64,000 nt of DNA from Kofleriaceae bacterium (lineage in GTDB: Bacteria > Myxococcota_A > Polyangia > Haliangiales > Haliangiaceae). Of the stretch, positions 32,540 to 43,035 are shown piece by piece (position 1 is the first letter of the stretch; each line of letters opens with the position of its first letter). Made by a program: the position numbers and the translations under genes. The notes under the pieces are model-generated. The model was not told the DNA's origin and made no database searches. It saw only the letters and a program-made list of their open reading frames with translations. The stretch lies in assembly GCA_965215005.1 (NCBI GenBank), contig CBDCCZ010000011.1, forward strand, positions 1-64,000. Reading direction: 5' to 3'.

Positions 32540-33601
32540 CTATTTGTCTTCCCGGAGCGGTTTGGTTGCCAAGATGAGCGCGATATCGCCGAGCTCATGG
32601 CTGCGATAGCCAGCGTTGGCGGCGTGCTGCAACGCAGACTCGAGCGCCGTCTGGCTAGCAAACGCCCGCAATAGCTCAAAGTGGCTCTCGCTCGGAGCGT
32701 GCAGGCCGGTAATGATTCCGCTCACGATACGCGGCGTAAAATCGGCGTCGAGACGCAGCTCGGTGATTCCGGCGCCGGCGAGCGAGGGGCGAGCCGCCGC
32801 GCTCTCGAGAGCGCGCACGACGGTGGTGCCGACGGCGATGACGCGGCCGCCGCGGGCGCGTGCGGCGGCGATCGCTTGCGCGGTGTGCTGGGGAATCTCA
32901 TAGCGTTCGGCCAGCGGCAACGCGGCATCGAGCGCGGCGTCGCCGGTGGCGCTGAGACCGGCGGCGTGTGTTAGATGGGCCACAGCGATGCCGCGCCGGC
33001 GCAACGCCAGTAGCGTCGCCCACGTGAGCGGTCGCCCCGCCGATGGCATTTCGGCGGCCCACGGTCGACTGGCGTAGACGGTCTGCACCGACCACAGCTC
33101 GAGTGGAGCTTGCTGGTAGCTGTACTGCACCGGATGACCGGCGGCATAGAGCGCCGGCCACAGTGCCGCGTCGCCGCCGATAAACGCGAGGTCGATTAGG
33201 CGTGGCGACTGCGCCGAGACCGCGAGCACCCGCGCCGTTAGCGCGTTATCGAATTGCAGTAGATCGCCCACGCCGACGCGAGGCGGCGGCGGCCGCGCGG
33301 CGGTGTCGGTGCGCCAGTCGCCAGCGCCAAACAGCACTGCGCGGCACACGCCAGCGCCGCTTGGAAGGAGTCGTACCTCGATTGCGTGGCCCGCGGTGGT
33401 GCCATGCAGCGATGCCGGCAGCGTTGCGGCATCATTGACGACGACGAGATCGCCGGCGGCGAGATAGCTCGGCAAGGCGGCCGCGGTGCTATCGGCAATC
33501 GGTCCGCGCTGGGAATCGACGATCAGCAGCCGGACCTCGTCGCGCCGCGTAGGTGGCTGATGGGCTGGCTCGAGCCGCAGTGGCTCTACCGGCGCGATCA
33601 C
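32540..33601 (-). CDS. QueA-family (SAM:tRNA ribosyltransferase-isomerase-like) protein, divergent paralogue
   Basis: RDEVRLL, GDLVVVND, QTVYA, GRVIAVGTTVVRALES, ITGLH and GDIALI motifs. The canonical APTAGLHF reads MPSAGRPL. GTG 33601 overlaps the SDR stop. Confidence 0.85.
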   Translation of the reverse strand: MIAPVEPLRLEPAHQPPTRRDEVRLLIVDSQRGPIADSTAAALPSYLAAGDLVVVNDAATLPASLHGTTAGHAIEVRLLPSGAGVCRAVLFGAGDWRTDTAARPPPPRVGVGDLLQFDNALTARVLAVSAQSPRLIDLAFIGGDAALWPALYAAGHPVQYSYQQAPLELWSVQTVYASRPWAAEMPSAGRPLTWATLLALRRRGIAVAHLTHAAGLSATGDAALDAALPLAERYEIPQHTAQAIAAARARGGRVIAVGTTVVRALESAAARPSLAGAGITELRLDADFTPRIVSGIITGLHAPSESHFELLRAFASQTALESALQHAANAGYRSHELGDIALILATKPLREDK

Positions 33602-34326
33602 GAAGCCACCTCCCACGCGGCGGCTTCGACACGGCTGCCGCTGGCGACGCGCTCGCGATTCACGATCAGCTCAGCGATGCGTGCGGCGACGTCGGCGGGA
33701 TTGGCAAGGGCTGCACGATCGGCCTCGGGAATGGCGTTGGCGTGCATCTGGGTGTCCATCTCGCCCGGGTCGACATTGATGATTTGCACGGCAGTGTCGG
33801 CGAGCTCGGCGGCGAGAATGCGGCCGAGATGATCGAGCGCCGCTTTCGAGACGCTGTAGGCGCCCCAGGTCGGATACGCTGCTACCGCCGCGTCTGAGCT
33901 GATGTGGACGATGATGCCGTCATCGCGCAGCACCATGTTCCCGGCGATGACTTTGCTGAGGCGAAACGGGCCAATGACGTTGGTCTCGAGGACTGCCTGC
34001 AGCTCTTCGCAGTCGGTATCCAAGAGTAGGCGCAGCGGAGTTGGGCCCAGAGTGCTGGCATTGTGGATCAAGATGTCGATTGCACCGACGACAGCGGCGG
34101 CTTCGCCGGCGATGCGATGGATGGCGCGCTTATCGGCGATGTCGGCAGCGATGACGTGCGCTGTGCCGCCAGCGGCACGGATCTCGTGAGCGACCTCATC
34201 GAGCGGGCCTCGGCTGCGAGCGATGAGCACCACGGCGGCGCCGCGCCCGGCGAGCTCGAGGGCCAGGGCTCGGCCGAGCCCGCGGCTGGCGCCGGTGATG
34301 AGGGCAGTGCGATTGCGAATGTTCAT
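33598..34326 (-). CDS. Short-chain dehydrogenase/reductase
   Basis: TGASRGLG, HNAS, SSDAA, YSVSK and VDPGEMDT motifs; GGAGG RBS. Confidence 0.93.
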   Translation of the reverse strand: MNIRNRTALITGASRGLGRALALELAGRGAAVVLIARSRGPLDEVAHEIRAAGGTAHVIAADIADKRAIHRIAGEAAAVVGAIDILIHNASTLGPTPLRLLLDTDCEELQAVLETNVIGPFRLSKVIAGNMVLRDDGIIVHISSDAAVAAYPTWGAYSVSKAALDHLGRILAAELADTAVQIINVDPGEMDTQMHANAIPEADRAALANPADVAARIAELIVNRERVASGSRVEAAAWEVAS

Positions 34327-34357
34327 AACGACCTCCTGCTCGCACTGTAGGGGCCGC

Positions 34358-34372
34358 CTGATTGTAAATCAG
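34358..34372. promoter_or_regulatory. Palindrome between divergent SDR and XRE genes (candidate operator)
   Basis: CTGATT-GTA-AATCAG perfect inverted repeat within the short divergent intergenic region. Confidence 0.4.
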
Positions 34373-34412
34373 CCGGATTGCTATTTCATTGGCAGAAGGT
34401 CATCGTGACGAC

Positions 34413-34964
34413 ATGAACGACGCGGTTGCAAACAACCTAGCCAACAACATCCGCAGCTTGCGAGAAGCGCGCGGCTTCACCCAGCAGCAGATGGCCAAGC
34501 TCGCAGGAGTTCCGAGGCCGACGTGGGCAAACCTTGAGTCTGGTGCAGCGAACCCGACGTTGGCAGTGTTGATCAAAGTTGCCGCGGCGCTGCAGATTCG
34601 GCTCGAGGAGCTCATCGGGCCGCCGAAGACCTCGGCGCGCCTGTATCAGCCCGAGGAGCTGCCGGTGCGGCGGCGGGGTCAGGTGGTCGTGCGCAAGCTC
34701 TTGCCTGAGTCGATACCGGGGCTGGAAATCGAGCGCATGGAGTTGGCAGGCGGCGCTAGCATGACTGGCGTTCCGCACACGCCGGGAACCCGTGAGTACC
34801 TGACGGTGGAGTGCGGCGAGGTCGAGCTCACCGCCTCTGGAGAAGCCTGGCGCCTGAGTCCGGGGCAGCTGGTGGTCTTTCGCGGCGACCAAAAACACGC
34901 CTATCGCAACCACGGCCGCACGCTCGCGGTAGCCTACAGCGTGGTCGCTTTCTCGCCGGTTTGA
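34413..34964 (+). CDS. XRE-family HTH regulator with C-terminal cupin domain
   Basis: IRSLREARGFTQQQMAKLAGVPRPTWANLESGAANPTL followed by cupin H...EY...G...F.GD..HAY.N. Confidence 0.9.
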   Translation: MNDAVANNLANNIRSLREARGFTQQQMAKLAGVPRPTWANLESGAANPTLAVLIKVAAALQIRLEELIGPPKTSARLYQPEELPVRRRGQVVVRKLLPESIPGLEIERMELAGGASMTGVPHTPGTREYLTVECGEVELTASGEAWRLSPGQLVVFRGDQKHAYRNHGRTLAVAYSVVAFSPV

Positions 34965-34968
34965 GCGC

Positions 34969-35664
34969 TCAGCGGCCGCAATAACTCGCGTTGGCGGAAA
35001 CCAGCACCGCCGCGAACGAGTCGCGCTCGCTGGCTCGGATGCCGAGCTCTTCGTCCTCACCGCGCAGACCCGCGGCCAGAAAACTGGCTCCAATGCCAAG
35101 GTTCCACCGCGGGCTCGTCGTCCAAGCGTAGCCAACGCCTGCCTGAAGTCCCACGCCAGCTCCGCCAATGCCTTCAAACAAGTTAGGCTCGGGCAGTCGC
35201 GCCCAGGCGCCGGCGAGGCCGATGGTGATCCAGCCGCGCACTCCGCTTTGACCGGCCGCAGGTGTTACGTCCAGCGCAACGCCGAGCAGCGCGAAGCCAA
35301 GTCCATCTTCGAGGTCGAGCTCGTCGCCGTTGTCGGCTTCTAGCGTGGCCTCGCCCACGCCGCCCAACACCAGGGCGGCGGAGATAGCAAGGCGCGGGGC
35401 GATGAATCCACCAACAGCGAGATCGAAGGCGCCGCCACCACCGCGGACAGTGGAATCGCCGGCGTCGACGGTGAAGCCGCCGGCGCTACCGGAAACCTCG
35501 CGATCGAGGGCGACGCCGCCTACCCCCAGTCCCGTGCGCAGGTGCAGACCGCCATCGGCGACAGCGAGCTTAGGCGTTAGGAGCGCGGTCATCGCCAGCG
35601 TGGCGAAGAGCGCTCGCGCGATGAGGCGCGGTGTCGGGAGAATAGTGCTAATGACTCGGTGCAT
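34969..35664 (-). CDS. Putative outer-membrane beta-barrel protein
   Basis: Signal peptide, then Gly-rich alternating hydrophobic strands ending in VSANASY. Confidence 0.6.
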   Translation of the reverse strand: MHRVISTILPTPRLIARALFATLAMTALLTPKLAVADGGLHLRTGLGVGGVALDREVSGSAGGFTVDAGDSTVRGGGGAFDLAVGGFIAPRLAISAALVLGGVGEATLEADNGDELDLEDGLGFALLGVALDVTPAAGQSGVRGWITIGLAGAWARLPEPNLFEGIGGAGVGLQAGVGYAWTTSPRWNLGIGASFLAAGLRGEDEELGIRASERDSFAAVLVSANASYCGR

Positions 35665-35699
35665 GAACGACCTCGTTTGCGGTGACGAGACCGTGCTTC

Positions 35700-35715
35700 A
35701 GCAAGCGCTGTGCCC
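35700..35715 (-). promoter_or_regulatory. sigma54-type promoter
   Basis: Minus strand GGGCACAGCGCTTGCT is GG-N10-GC with TTGC, 36 nt upstream of ATG 35664. Confidence 0.55.
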
Positions 35716-35928
35716 CTCGATGGCCACCGCGGCATACGAGTGTTATTGCGGCGTTGCGCAGGCAAGGTGTCCACAACTGCCAGCCGCTGTGGAAGAGCTC
35801 TACAGCGCGAACCACAACCGTCGTCGGCCCAAGCCACACCGCCTAGAGTCGCCATGTCGGTTGCGACCGCTTGCAGGTGCGCCTTTGCGCGCGCATTCCC
35901 TCCCTTTGCACCGCTCCAAGGATGTCCG

Positions 35929-37212
35929 ATGCGCCAATTGATGATCCAGGTTCCCCGCGGCGAAGGCCAAGCCGCGATGAAAATCGCGCAGTCCCACGAA
36001 GGCGCCAATCTGGCGCTCCTCGAGGCGCGCGGACCCGATGGAACCGCTTGGGATCTGCTCGTCGCTCACGTTGAAAATCGCTCGTTGGGGCCGCTCCTCG
36101 ATGAGCTCGAGACGATTCCCAAGCTGCACGCAACGCTTGCTCCGCGCGGCGTGATGACGTTGCGGCCGCCGCCAGAAGAGGCGGCCGAGCAGGTTCGCGA
36201 CGTCGATAACTTGAGCCCCATCGAAGTATTCCTCGGCGGACTGCAGAGCGTCGGCTCGTGGACCGGTTTCCTCGGCTATGCGGCATTGGCGGGGGTCGTG
36301 GTGTGGATCGGCCTCTTTACCAGCACCAGCTATCTCCTCGTCGCCGCGATGCTGATCGCGCCATTCGCCGGTCCGGCGATGAACCTGGCGCTCGCCACCG
36401 CGCGCGGCGATCGAGCCCTGTTCAAGCGCAGCATCGTGCGTTACTTCGTCGCCCTCGCCGTGACGGTATTCGTCGCATGGCTGCTCAGCACCATCTTTAG
36501 ACAAGACTCCGCCACCGCGCAGATGTTAGCAACCAGCAAGATTTCTGCGGTCACCGTGCTTCTGCCGCTTGCTGCGGGCGCCGCCGGTGCGGTCAATCTG
36601 TTTCAGTCGGAGCGCAGCAGCTTGGTCTCTGGCGCAGCCACCGGGATGCTCGTGGCCGCCTCGCTCGCCCCCCCCGCTGGACTCGTCGGAATGTCGGCAG
36701 CGCTCGGCAGCTGGGACATGGCCGTGGGTGGCGCGTTCTTGCTGATGCTGCAGCTCGTTGGTATCAACTTGGTTGGCGCCATCGTATTTCGCTTGTTCGG
36801 TCTAACCGCGCGCGGCACGCGGTATGAGCGTGGCTCCAAGGGAATGTTTCCATTGATATTGGCCGTGACCGCTCTCGTCGTCGGCGGACTCCTCACTTGG
36901 CAGCTCTGGGACACCCCGAATTTGCAGCGAGCCACCCAATCGCAGCGCGCCGCAGCCGCCATTCAAGAGCTCTTCACCGGCAACGACCACGCCAAGCTCG
37001 TCGAGGCCAACGTCCGCTTCACCCGCGCAAACATCGCCGAGCAAGACACTCTTTTGGCAGTTGTCTACGTGCAGCGGGTTGCCGAGATGCCTACCGACCA
37101 GCTGCGCTTGCAGCTGTCCGCGCTCATTCAACGTCATTTGCGCGAGAACTTCGACGTCACACCCCTCGTTGCCGTCACCGTGCTGGATCCACCGCCTGTA
37201 CAGGGCCACTAG
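35929..37212 (+). CDS. DUF389 (TIGR00341-like) membrane protein
   Basis: VAAMLIAPFAGP and GMLVAASLAPP motifs with multiple TM segments. Start trimmed to ATG 35929 after an AAGGA RBS. Confidence 0.82.
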   Translation: MRQLMIQVPRGEGQAAMKIAQSHEGANLALLEARGPDGTAWDLLVAHVENRSLGPLLDELETIPKLHATLAPRGVMTLRPPPEEAAEQVRDVDNLSPIEVFLGGLQSVGSWTGFLGYAALAGVVVWIGLFTSTSYLLVAAMLIAPFAGPAMNLALATARGDRALFKRSIVRYFVALAVTVFVAWLLSTIFRQDSATAQMLATSKISAVTVLLPLAAGAAGAVNLFQSERSSLVSGAATGMLVAASLAPPAGLVGMSAALGSWDMAVGGAFLLMLQLVGINLVGAIVFRLFGLTARGTRYERGSKGMFPLILAVTALVVGGLLTWQLWDTPNLQRATQSQRAAAAIQELFTGNDHAKLVEANVRFTRANIAEQDTLLAVVYVQRVAEMPTDQLRLQLSALIQRHLRENFDVTPLVAVTVLDPPPVQGH

Positions 37213-37296
37213 CAGCCGTGCACCTGCCGGCGTGTGTTAGCGAACCTGGACGCGAATGTCTCGTCACCGGACGGGATGCCGGCTAAATAGCGTGCC

Positions 37297-39567
37297 ATGG
37301 GGAAATTCACGTTCATCGCATCGGCGCTCTTGCTAGCGAGCTGTGGCGGGCGCGGCTCGAGTGCGCCGCAGGAACCAGTCGAGCCGGAGCCGCCCACTCC
37401 GAGCTCAACGGACTCGTTTGCCAATCCAGGGGGCATGTGGATGCCCCACCAGCTAGCCGCGGCGGAGCACCAGAGCAATCTCTCGAGGCTGGGATTTGAG
37501 CTCGACCCCAAGGTATTCGCGGATCCCATGGCGCCGCCGCTGGCGGCCGTGGTGAGTCTTGGCGGTTGCTCTGCTTCGTTCATATCGCCCGACGGGCTGA
37601 TAATCACCAACCACCACTGCGTATCGGGCGCGCTTCGATATCACTCGACGCCCGAGCAGAACCTCGCTCGCGATGGATTCGTCGCCACCTCGCGCGAAGA
37701 GGAGCGCTGGAACGGACCTGACGCGCGGGTATGGGTCACGCAGAAGCTCACCGACGTCACCTCGACGATCCGCGAAGGGCTCGAGCAAATTACCGACGAT
37801 CGCGCCCGCTACGATGCGATCGAGGCGCGTGAAAAGGCGCTGGTGGCAAGCTGTGAGCAAGGGCGGCCGCAGGTGCACTGCAAGATTGCCAGCTTCTTTC
37901 GGGGCGCCGAGTATCAGCTGATCGAAAAGCTCGAGCTCCGCGACATCCGGTTGGTGTACGCGCCGCCGCGCAGCGTCGGCAGCTACGGCGGCGACATCGA
38001 TAACTGGATGTGGCCGCGGCACAGCGGTGACTTTGCTATGTATCGCGCCTACGTGGCGCCTGATCAATCGCCGGCCGAGCACGCCGCAGAGAACGTCCCG
38101 TACCGCCCGGCGCAGTACTTGCGCGTCTCGCACGGTGATCTCGACGCAGGCGATTTGGTGATTGTCGCTGGTTACCCGGGCCAAACAGAGAGGCTGGCAA
38201 CGGCTGCGGAGCTCGACGAAGCCTTGAATTGGCATTACCCGAGACGGCTCGAGCAATTTCCCGAATATCTCGCCGCCCTAGACGCGGTGGCGCGTGCCGA
38301 TGAAGCGGCGGCGGTAAAGGCAGTTCCCTTTCAGGCGGGCCTAAATAACTATCTCAAAAAGTCTCGCGGAGTGGTCGCGAATGCCAAGCAGGGGAACTTG
38401 CTCGCCAGAAAGCGCGCTCTGGAAGCGGAGCTACGCGCTTGGATCGGCGCGGAGGGCGAGCGCCGCGCGAAGTACGGCGAGGTGCTGGAGCAAATGGAGG
38501 CACTGGATGAGGCGCGGCGCGAACATCGCGAGCGAGATGCCGCCTTGCGCGAGATGTACTGGTCGCGCCTGCTCGGCGCAGCGCGGACCATCGTGCGCAT
38601 GGCCGAAGAGCGGGCTAAGCCGGACGCCGAGCGCGAGCCGGGGTATCAAGAGCGCGATCTCGTGCATCTCGTCGGAGAGCAGCGCGCTTGGAAGAGTGGC
38701 TATCACGAAGCAATTGACACGGCGCTCCTGTCGCTCGCGCTCGAGCGCGCCGCTCGTGATCCAGAGACCAACAGCGAGTGGCTGTCTCTAATAGTGGGTC
38801 CCAAGGTCACAACGGGGCCGGCGATTCGGGCGGCGGTGGCGAAGCTGTATGCGAAGAGCAAGCTTCCCGATGAGGCGACGCGCGTGCGGCTCCTCACCGG
38901 CGCCAGCACCGCACAGCTCAAACGCAGCAACGATCCGTTCATCCAGCTGGCACTACGCCTGCGGCCACTCGAGCGCGAGATTGAGGAGGCCGATGATCGC
39001 TTTGCTGGCGAGATGGCGCTGCTCGAGCCGCGTTACCTGGCGGCGCTGCGGGAGATGGCGGGCGGCGAGCTGGCACCAGACGCCAATGGCACGCTCCGCG
39101 TCAGCTATGGCACCATTCGCGGCTATCGGCCGCGCCCTGAGGCGGAGCTCTACGAGCCGTTTACGACGCTTTCGGGAGTGATCGCCAAGCACACTGGAGA
39201 GGAGCCGTTCGATGCTCCTCTAGCGCTGCGGCAGGCAGCAGCAGCAGGAAAGCGCGGCCCTTACGTCGATCCTGAGCTCGACGACGTGCCGGTCGACTTT
39301 CTGGCGGATCTCGATATTACCGGTGGTAACTCGGGGTCGCCGATCTTGAATCGGCGCGGCGAGCTCGTGGGGCTGTTGTTTGACACTAACTACGAAGGCG
39401 TGGACTCAGATTGGCTGTTCGCGCCTGAGCGCACTCGGTCAATTCAGGTGGATACGCGCTATCTCTTGTGGATGCTCGATGCGGTGGCAGGTGCAGACCA
39501 TTTGCTGCGCGAGCTCGGCTTCGAGCCGGCCATCGCTGAGGGTGAGCGGACCGCGGTAGTGGATTGA
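37297..39567 (+). CDS. S46 family dipeptidyl peptidase (lipoprotein)
   Basis: GGMWMP, GGCSASFIS, TNHHC, DNWMWPRHSGDF, PDANGTLR and DITGGNSGSP motifs; lipobox LAS-C. Confidence 0.95.
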   Translation: MGKFTFIASALLLASCGGRGSSAPQEPVEPEPPTPSSTDSFANPGGMWMPHQLAAAEHQSNLSRLGFELDPKVFADPMAPPLAAVVSLGGCSASFISPDGLIITNHHCVSGALRYHSTPEQNLARDGFVATSREEERWNGPDARVWVTQKLTDVTSTIREGLEQITDDRARYDAIEAREKALVASCEQGRPQVHCKIASFFRGAEYQLIEKLELRDIRLVYAPPRSVGSYGGDIDNWMWPRHSGDFAMYRAYVAPDQSPAEHAAENVPYRPAQYLRVSHGDLDAGDLVIVAGYPGQTERLATAAELDEALNWHYPRRLEQFPEYLAALDAVARADEAAAVKAVPFQAGLNNYLKKSRGVVANAKQGNLLARKRALEAELRAWIGAEGERRAKYGEVLEQMEALDEARREHRERDAALREMYWSRLLGAARTIVRMAEERAKPDAEREPGYQERDLVHLVGEQRAWKSGYHEAIDTALLSLALERAARDPETNSEWLSLIVGPKVTTGPAIRAAVAKLYAKSKLPDEATRVRLLTGASTAQLKRSNDPFIQLALRLRPLEREIEEADDRFAGEMALLEPRYLAALREMAGGELAPDANGTLRVSYGTIRGYRPRPEAELYEPFTTLSGVIAKHTGEEPFDAPLALRQAAAAGKRGPYVDPELDDVPVDFLADLDITGGNSGSPILNRRGELVGLLFDTNYEGVDSDWLFAPERTRSIQVDTRYLLWMLDAVAGADHLLRELGFEPAIAEGERTAVVD

Positions 39568-39577
39568 GAAAGTGGCG

Positions 39578-39605
39578 TGCAGCGCGCCGGCCGCGGCGCG
39601 CTGCA
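39578..39605. terminator. GC-rich hairpin between convergent genes
   Basis: Perfect 12-bp stem TGCAGCGCGCCG-gccg-CGGCGCGCTGCA; no U-tract. Confidence 0.5.
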
Positions 39606-39635
39606 TTGCTGGGGACGATCAGTGGGAAGAGAGCG

Positions 39636-39674
39636 ATCCGACGCGCCGGCAGCCGCTGCTCGGGCGCGTCGGAT
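39636..39674. terminator. Second GC-rich hairpin between convergent genes
   Basis: ATCCGACGCGCC...GGCGCGTCGGAT 12-bp stem with an inner GCAG/CTGC pair, 10 nt after the stop of the diiron gene. Confidence 0.5.
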
Positions 39675-39683
39675 GGATGTGGG

Positions 39684-40911
<1,228 letters not shown>

Positions 40912-41035
40912 TTTGGTGCCTTTCTTCCCTCAAGTGATGCACGAGAAACGTCGTGAATCACTGCCAAGCAACAATCGATGGAGGAGACGCCGATGAGGGC
41001 TCGAACGTCGTGACTCCTGCGGCGTCGTCGATGCG

Positions 41036-41764
41036 TCATTCCATCGCGTCAAAGAAGCTGCGCACAGCGGCAGTATGATAGTGAGCAATAAAGGTATGAA
41101 TGAGCGGTAGCGCCCTTGTGACCATGTCGGCCACGCGCTCAGCGGGAAGCGATGCGAGGCGGTTTTTTATGAGCTCGAGCTCGTGAGCAAACAGCGAGGC
41201 CACGACTTGCTCGTAGATGACGAGATCATCGACCGTAAAGCCGAGCTTCTCGGTGAGGCCCACCGCGCGAATTTGGCTCCATAAATCGATCATCCACACG
41301 CTGTCGCGAGGGATCTCCGGTGCGTCCTCGGGGCCAGCAAGCGTTATGAGCTCGAGCTCGGCCATACGGCGAATCTCGGCGAGCTCGATGTTGCGGCTCT
41401 CGACGAGCTCTTTGGCCGCCACGGTGGTGCGAACCTCTTCGGCAACCGGCGCCAAATCTCCCGACAGCCGCGACTTGAGCTCGAGCAGCATCTCACGTTG
41501 CTCGGGCTCACCCTGCGAAGGCTGATGGTGGAGCAGCGTCTTGATGGTCTTGAGCGGCAGTAGGCGCTCAGACTGCAGCTTACGGATGAGGGACAGCCGC
41601 TCGAGGTGCTCATCTCCGTACCAAGCCATATTGCGGCCGGTTTTGCGGCCTTCTGGCAATAGACCCTGTTGGATGTAGAAATGAATGGCTTGGCGCGATA
41701 CGCCGGCTTTCTCGCAGAGATCTTTCATGCGATAGGGCCAGCGCTTCTCGAGCGGCAGAGCCAT
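41036..41764 (-). CDS. MerR-family transcriptional regulator
   Basis: YRMKDLCEKAGVSRQAIHFYIQQGLLP...AWYGDEHLERLSLIRKLQ. Start trimmed to ATG 41764. Confidence 0.9.
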   Translation of the reverse strand: MALPLEKRWPYRMKDLCEKAGVSRQAIHFYIQQGLLPEGRKTGRNMAWYGDEHLERLSLIRKLQSERLLPLKTIKTLLHHQPSQGEPEQREMLLELKSRLSGDLAPVAEEVRTTVAAKELVESRNIELAEIRRMAELELITLAGPEDAPEIPRDSVWMIDLWSQIRAVGLTEKLGFTVDDLVIYEQVVASLFAHELELIKNRLASLPAERVADMVTRALPLIHTFIAHYHTAAVRSFFDAME

Positions 41765-41766
41765 CA

Positions 41767-42903
41767 CTAGACCTCTACCGTGGTCGGCTCGGTCGCGCAG
41801 GAGACACAGGCGAGCACGTAGCCGCTCTCCCGCTCGGTGTTGCCAAGACAGTTGGGCTCTTCCATGTCGGCGGCGCCGCTGCTGATTTTGACCTTGCAAG
41901 CACCGCAACCGCCCATTGCGCACGAAAACTTCATAGGTACGCCGGCGCGCAACCCAGCATCTAGGATGCTCTCCCCGGGATTGGCGAGCACGGCGTGGCT
42001 GCGACCGGCGTGATGAATCACGAGGGGTTGAGCGCTACGAACGATGTTGCTGCCCTGGCGAAGATGGGGCGAAGAGAAGCGCTCCTCGCGGATGTCCTCG
42101 GGCGCGACCCCGCGCTCAAGCAGCGTTTGCCGGGCGAGCGTCATCAGCCCTTCCGGCCCACAGACGTAATAGCCGGCGGCGGGGCGACCATCGTCGTCGA
42201 GGAACGCTTGCAGCGCTTGCGGCTCGAGCATGCCGTAGACGTGGCGGAGGCGAAATCGGCCCTCATGAGCGCGCGCTAGCTCTTCGAGCTCGTCGCGAAA
42301 GATGACGTCGGCCTCGCTGCGGTTGCAGAACAAGAGCGAAACCGTCGATTGGGGCTCACCGCGCAAGATGCCTTGCGTGATCGACATCAGCGGCGTAATG
42401 CCGCTGCCGCCACCCACCAGCACCACGTGACGTTGGACGTCGACCAAGGGTGGGCAGATGAACTCGCCCGAAGGGCCGAGCACGCGCAGGATCTGTCCCG
42501 GTTGCGCGCTATCGTTGAGGAAGTTGGACACCTGGCCGCCATCGACCCGCTTGATGGTCAACCGCATGCGGCTGTTGTCGAGATGGCAGCTAGATGCCGA
42601 GTACGCTCGTCGCACGGTCTTGCCATCGACGCTTGCTAGCACGGTGAAAAACTGGCCCGGCAAAAACTCGATTGGCCGACCGGCTGGATCTTCGAGCACC
42701 ACGCTCATCGCGTGCTCGGTGTGCCGCAGGACCTCGACAACGCGCACCCGCCGGGCACTGCCGGCGCTGCCGGTTTCGCGCTGGCGCGGGGGTCTGTCGA
42801 CCAACGGAGCGGGATTGCGGCCACGCAATCCGTTGAGCAGGACCTCGAGGTCGCGCCGTAGCGCGCCGTAGCGTCGACCTAGAGCCTTAGGGAAAGCCAC
42901 CAT
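41767..42903 (-). CDS. FAD/NAD-binding oxidoreductase with C-terminal 2Fe-2S ferredoxin (PaaE/KshB-like oxygenase reductase)
   Basis: FLPGQF, RRAYSASS, GGGSGITP, YVCGP and EERF motifs, plus FSCAMGGCGAC...LAC ferredoxin. Start is 42903 (leaderless) or 42915. Confidence 0.92.
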   Translation of the reverse strand: MVAFPKALGRRYGALRRDLEVLLNGLRGRNPAPLVDRPPRQRETGSAGSARRVRVVEVLRHTEHAMSVVLEDPAGRPIEFLPGQFFTVLASVDGKTVRRAYSASSCHLDNSRMRLTIKRVDGGQVSNFLNDSAQPGQILRVLGPSGEFICPPLVDVQRHVVLVGGGSGITPLMSITQGILRGEPQSTVSLLFCNRSEADVIFRDELEELARAHEGRFRLRHVYGMLEPQALQAFLDDDGRPAAGYYVCGPEGLMTLARQTLLERGVAPEDIREERFSSPHLRQGSNIVRSAQPLVIHHAGRSHAVLANPGESILDAGLRAGVPMKFSCAMGGCGACKVKISSGAADMEEPNCLGNTERESGYVLACVSCATEPTTVEV

Positions 42904-42910
42904 GAGATTG

Positions 42911-42953
42911 AGCATGCCGGAGAGGCTGTATGGTGTCAATCATCATTTGACAC
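42911..42953 (-). promoter_or_regulatory. sigma70-type promoter (TTGACA-N17-CATGCT) with overlapping palindromic operator GTGTCAA-N7-TTGACAC
   Basis: -35 at 42939-42934 and -10 at 42916-42911, with 7 nt to ATG 42903. Perfect 7-bp inverted repeat at 42933-42953. Confidence 0.65.
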
Positions 42954-43035
42954 AGCATTCCATCCATTTGGAAACATTGAAATAAAAGCTGCAGGCATGA
43001 GGCTTATTCGCGCTGCTGCCCCTCTTCCTGCTGTC

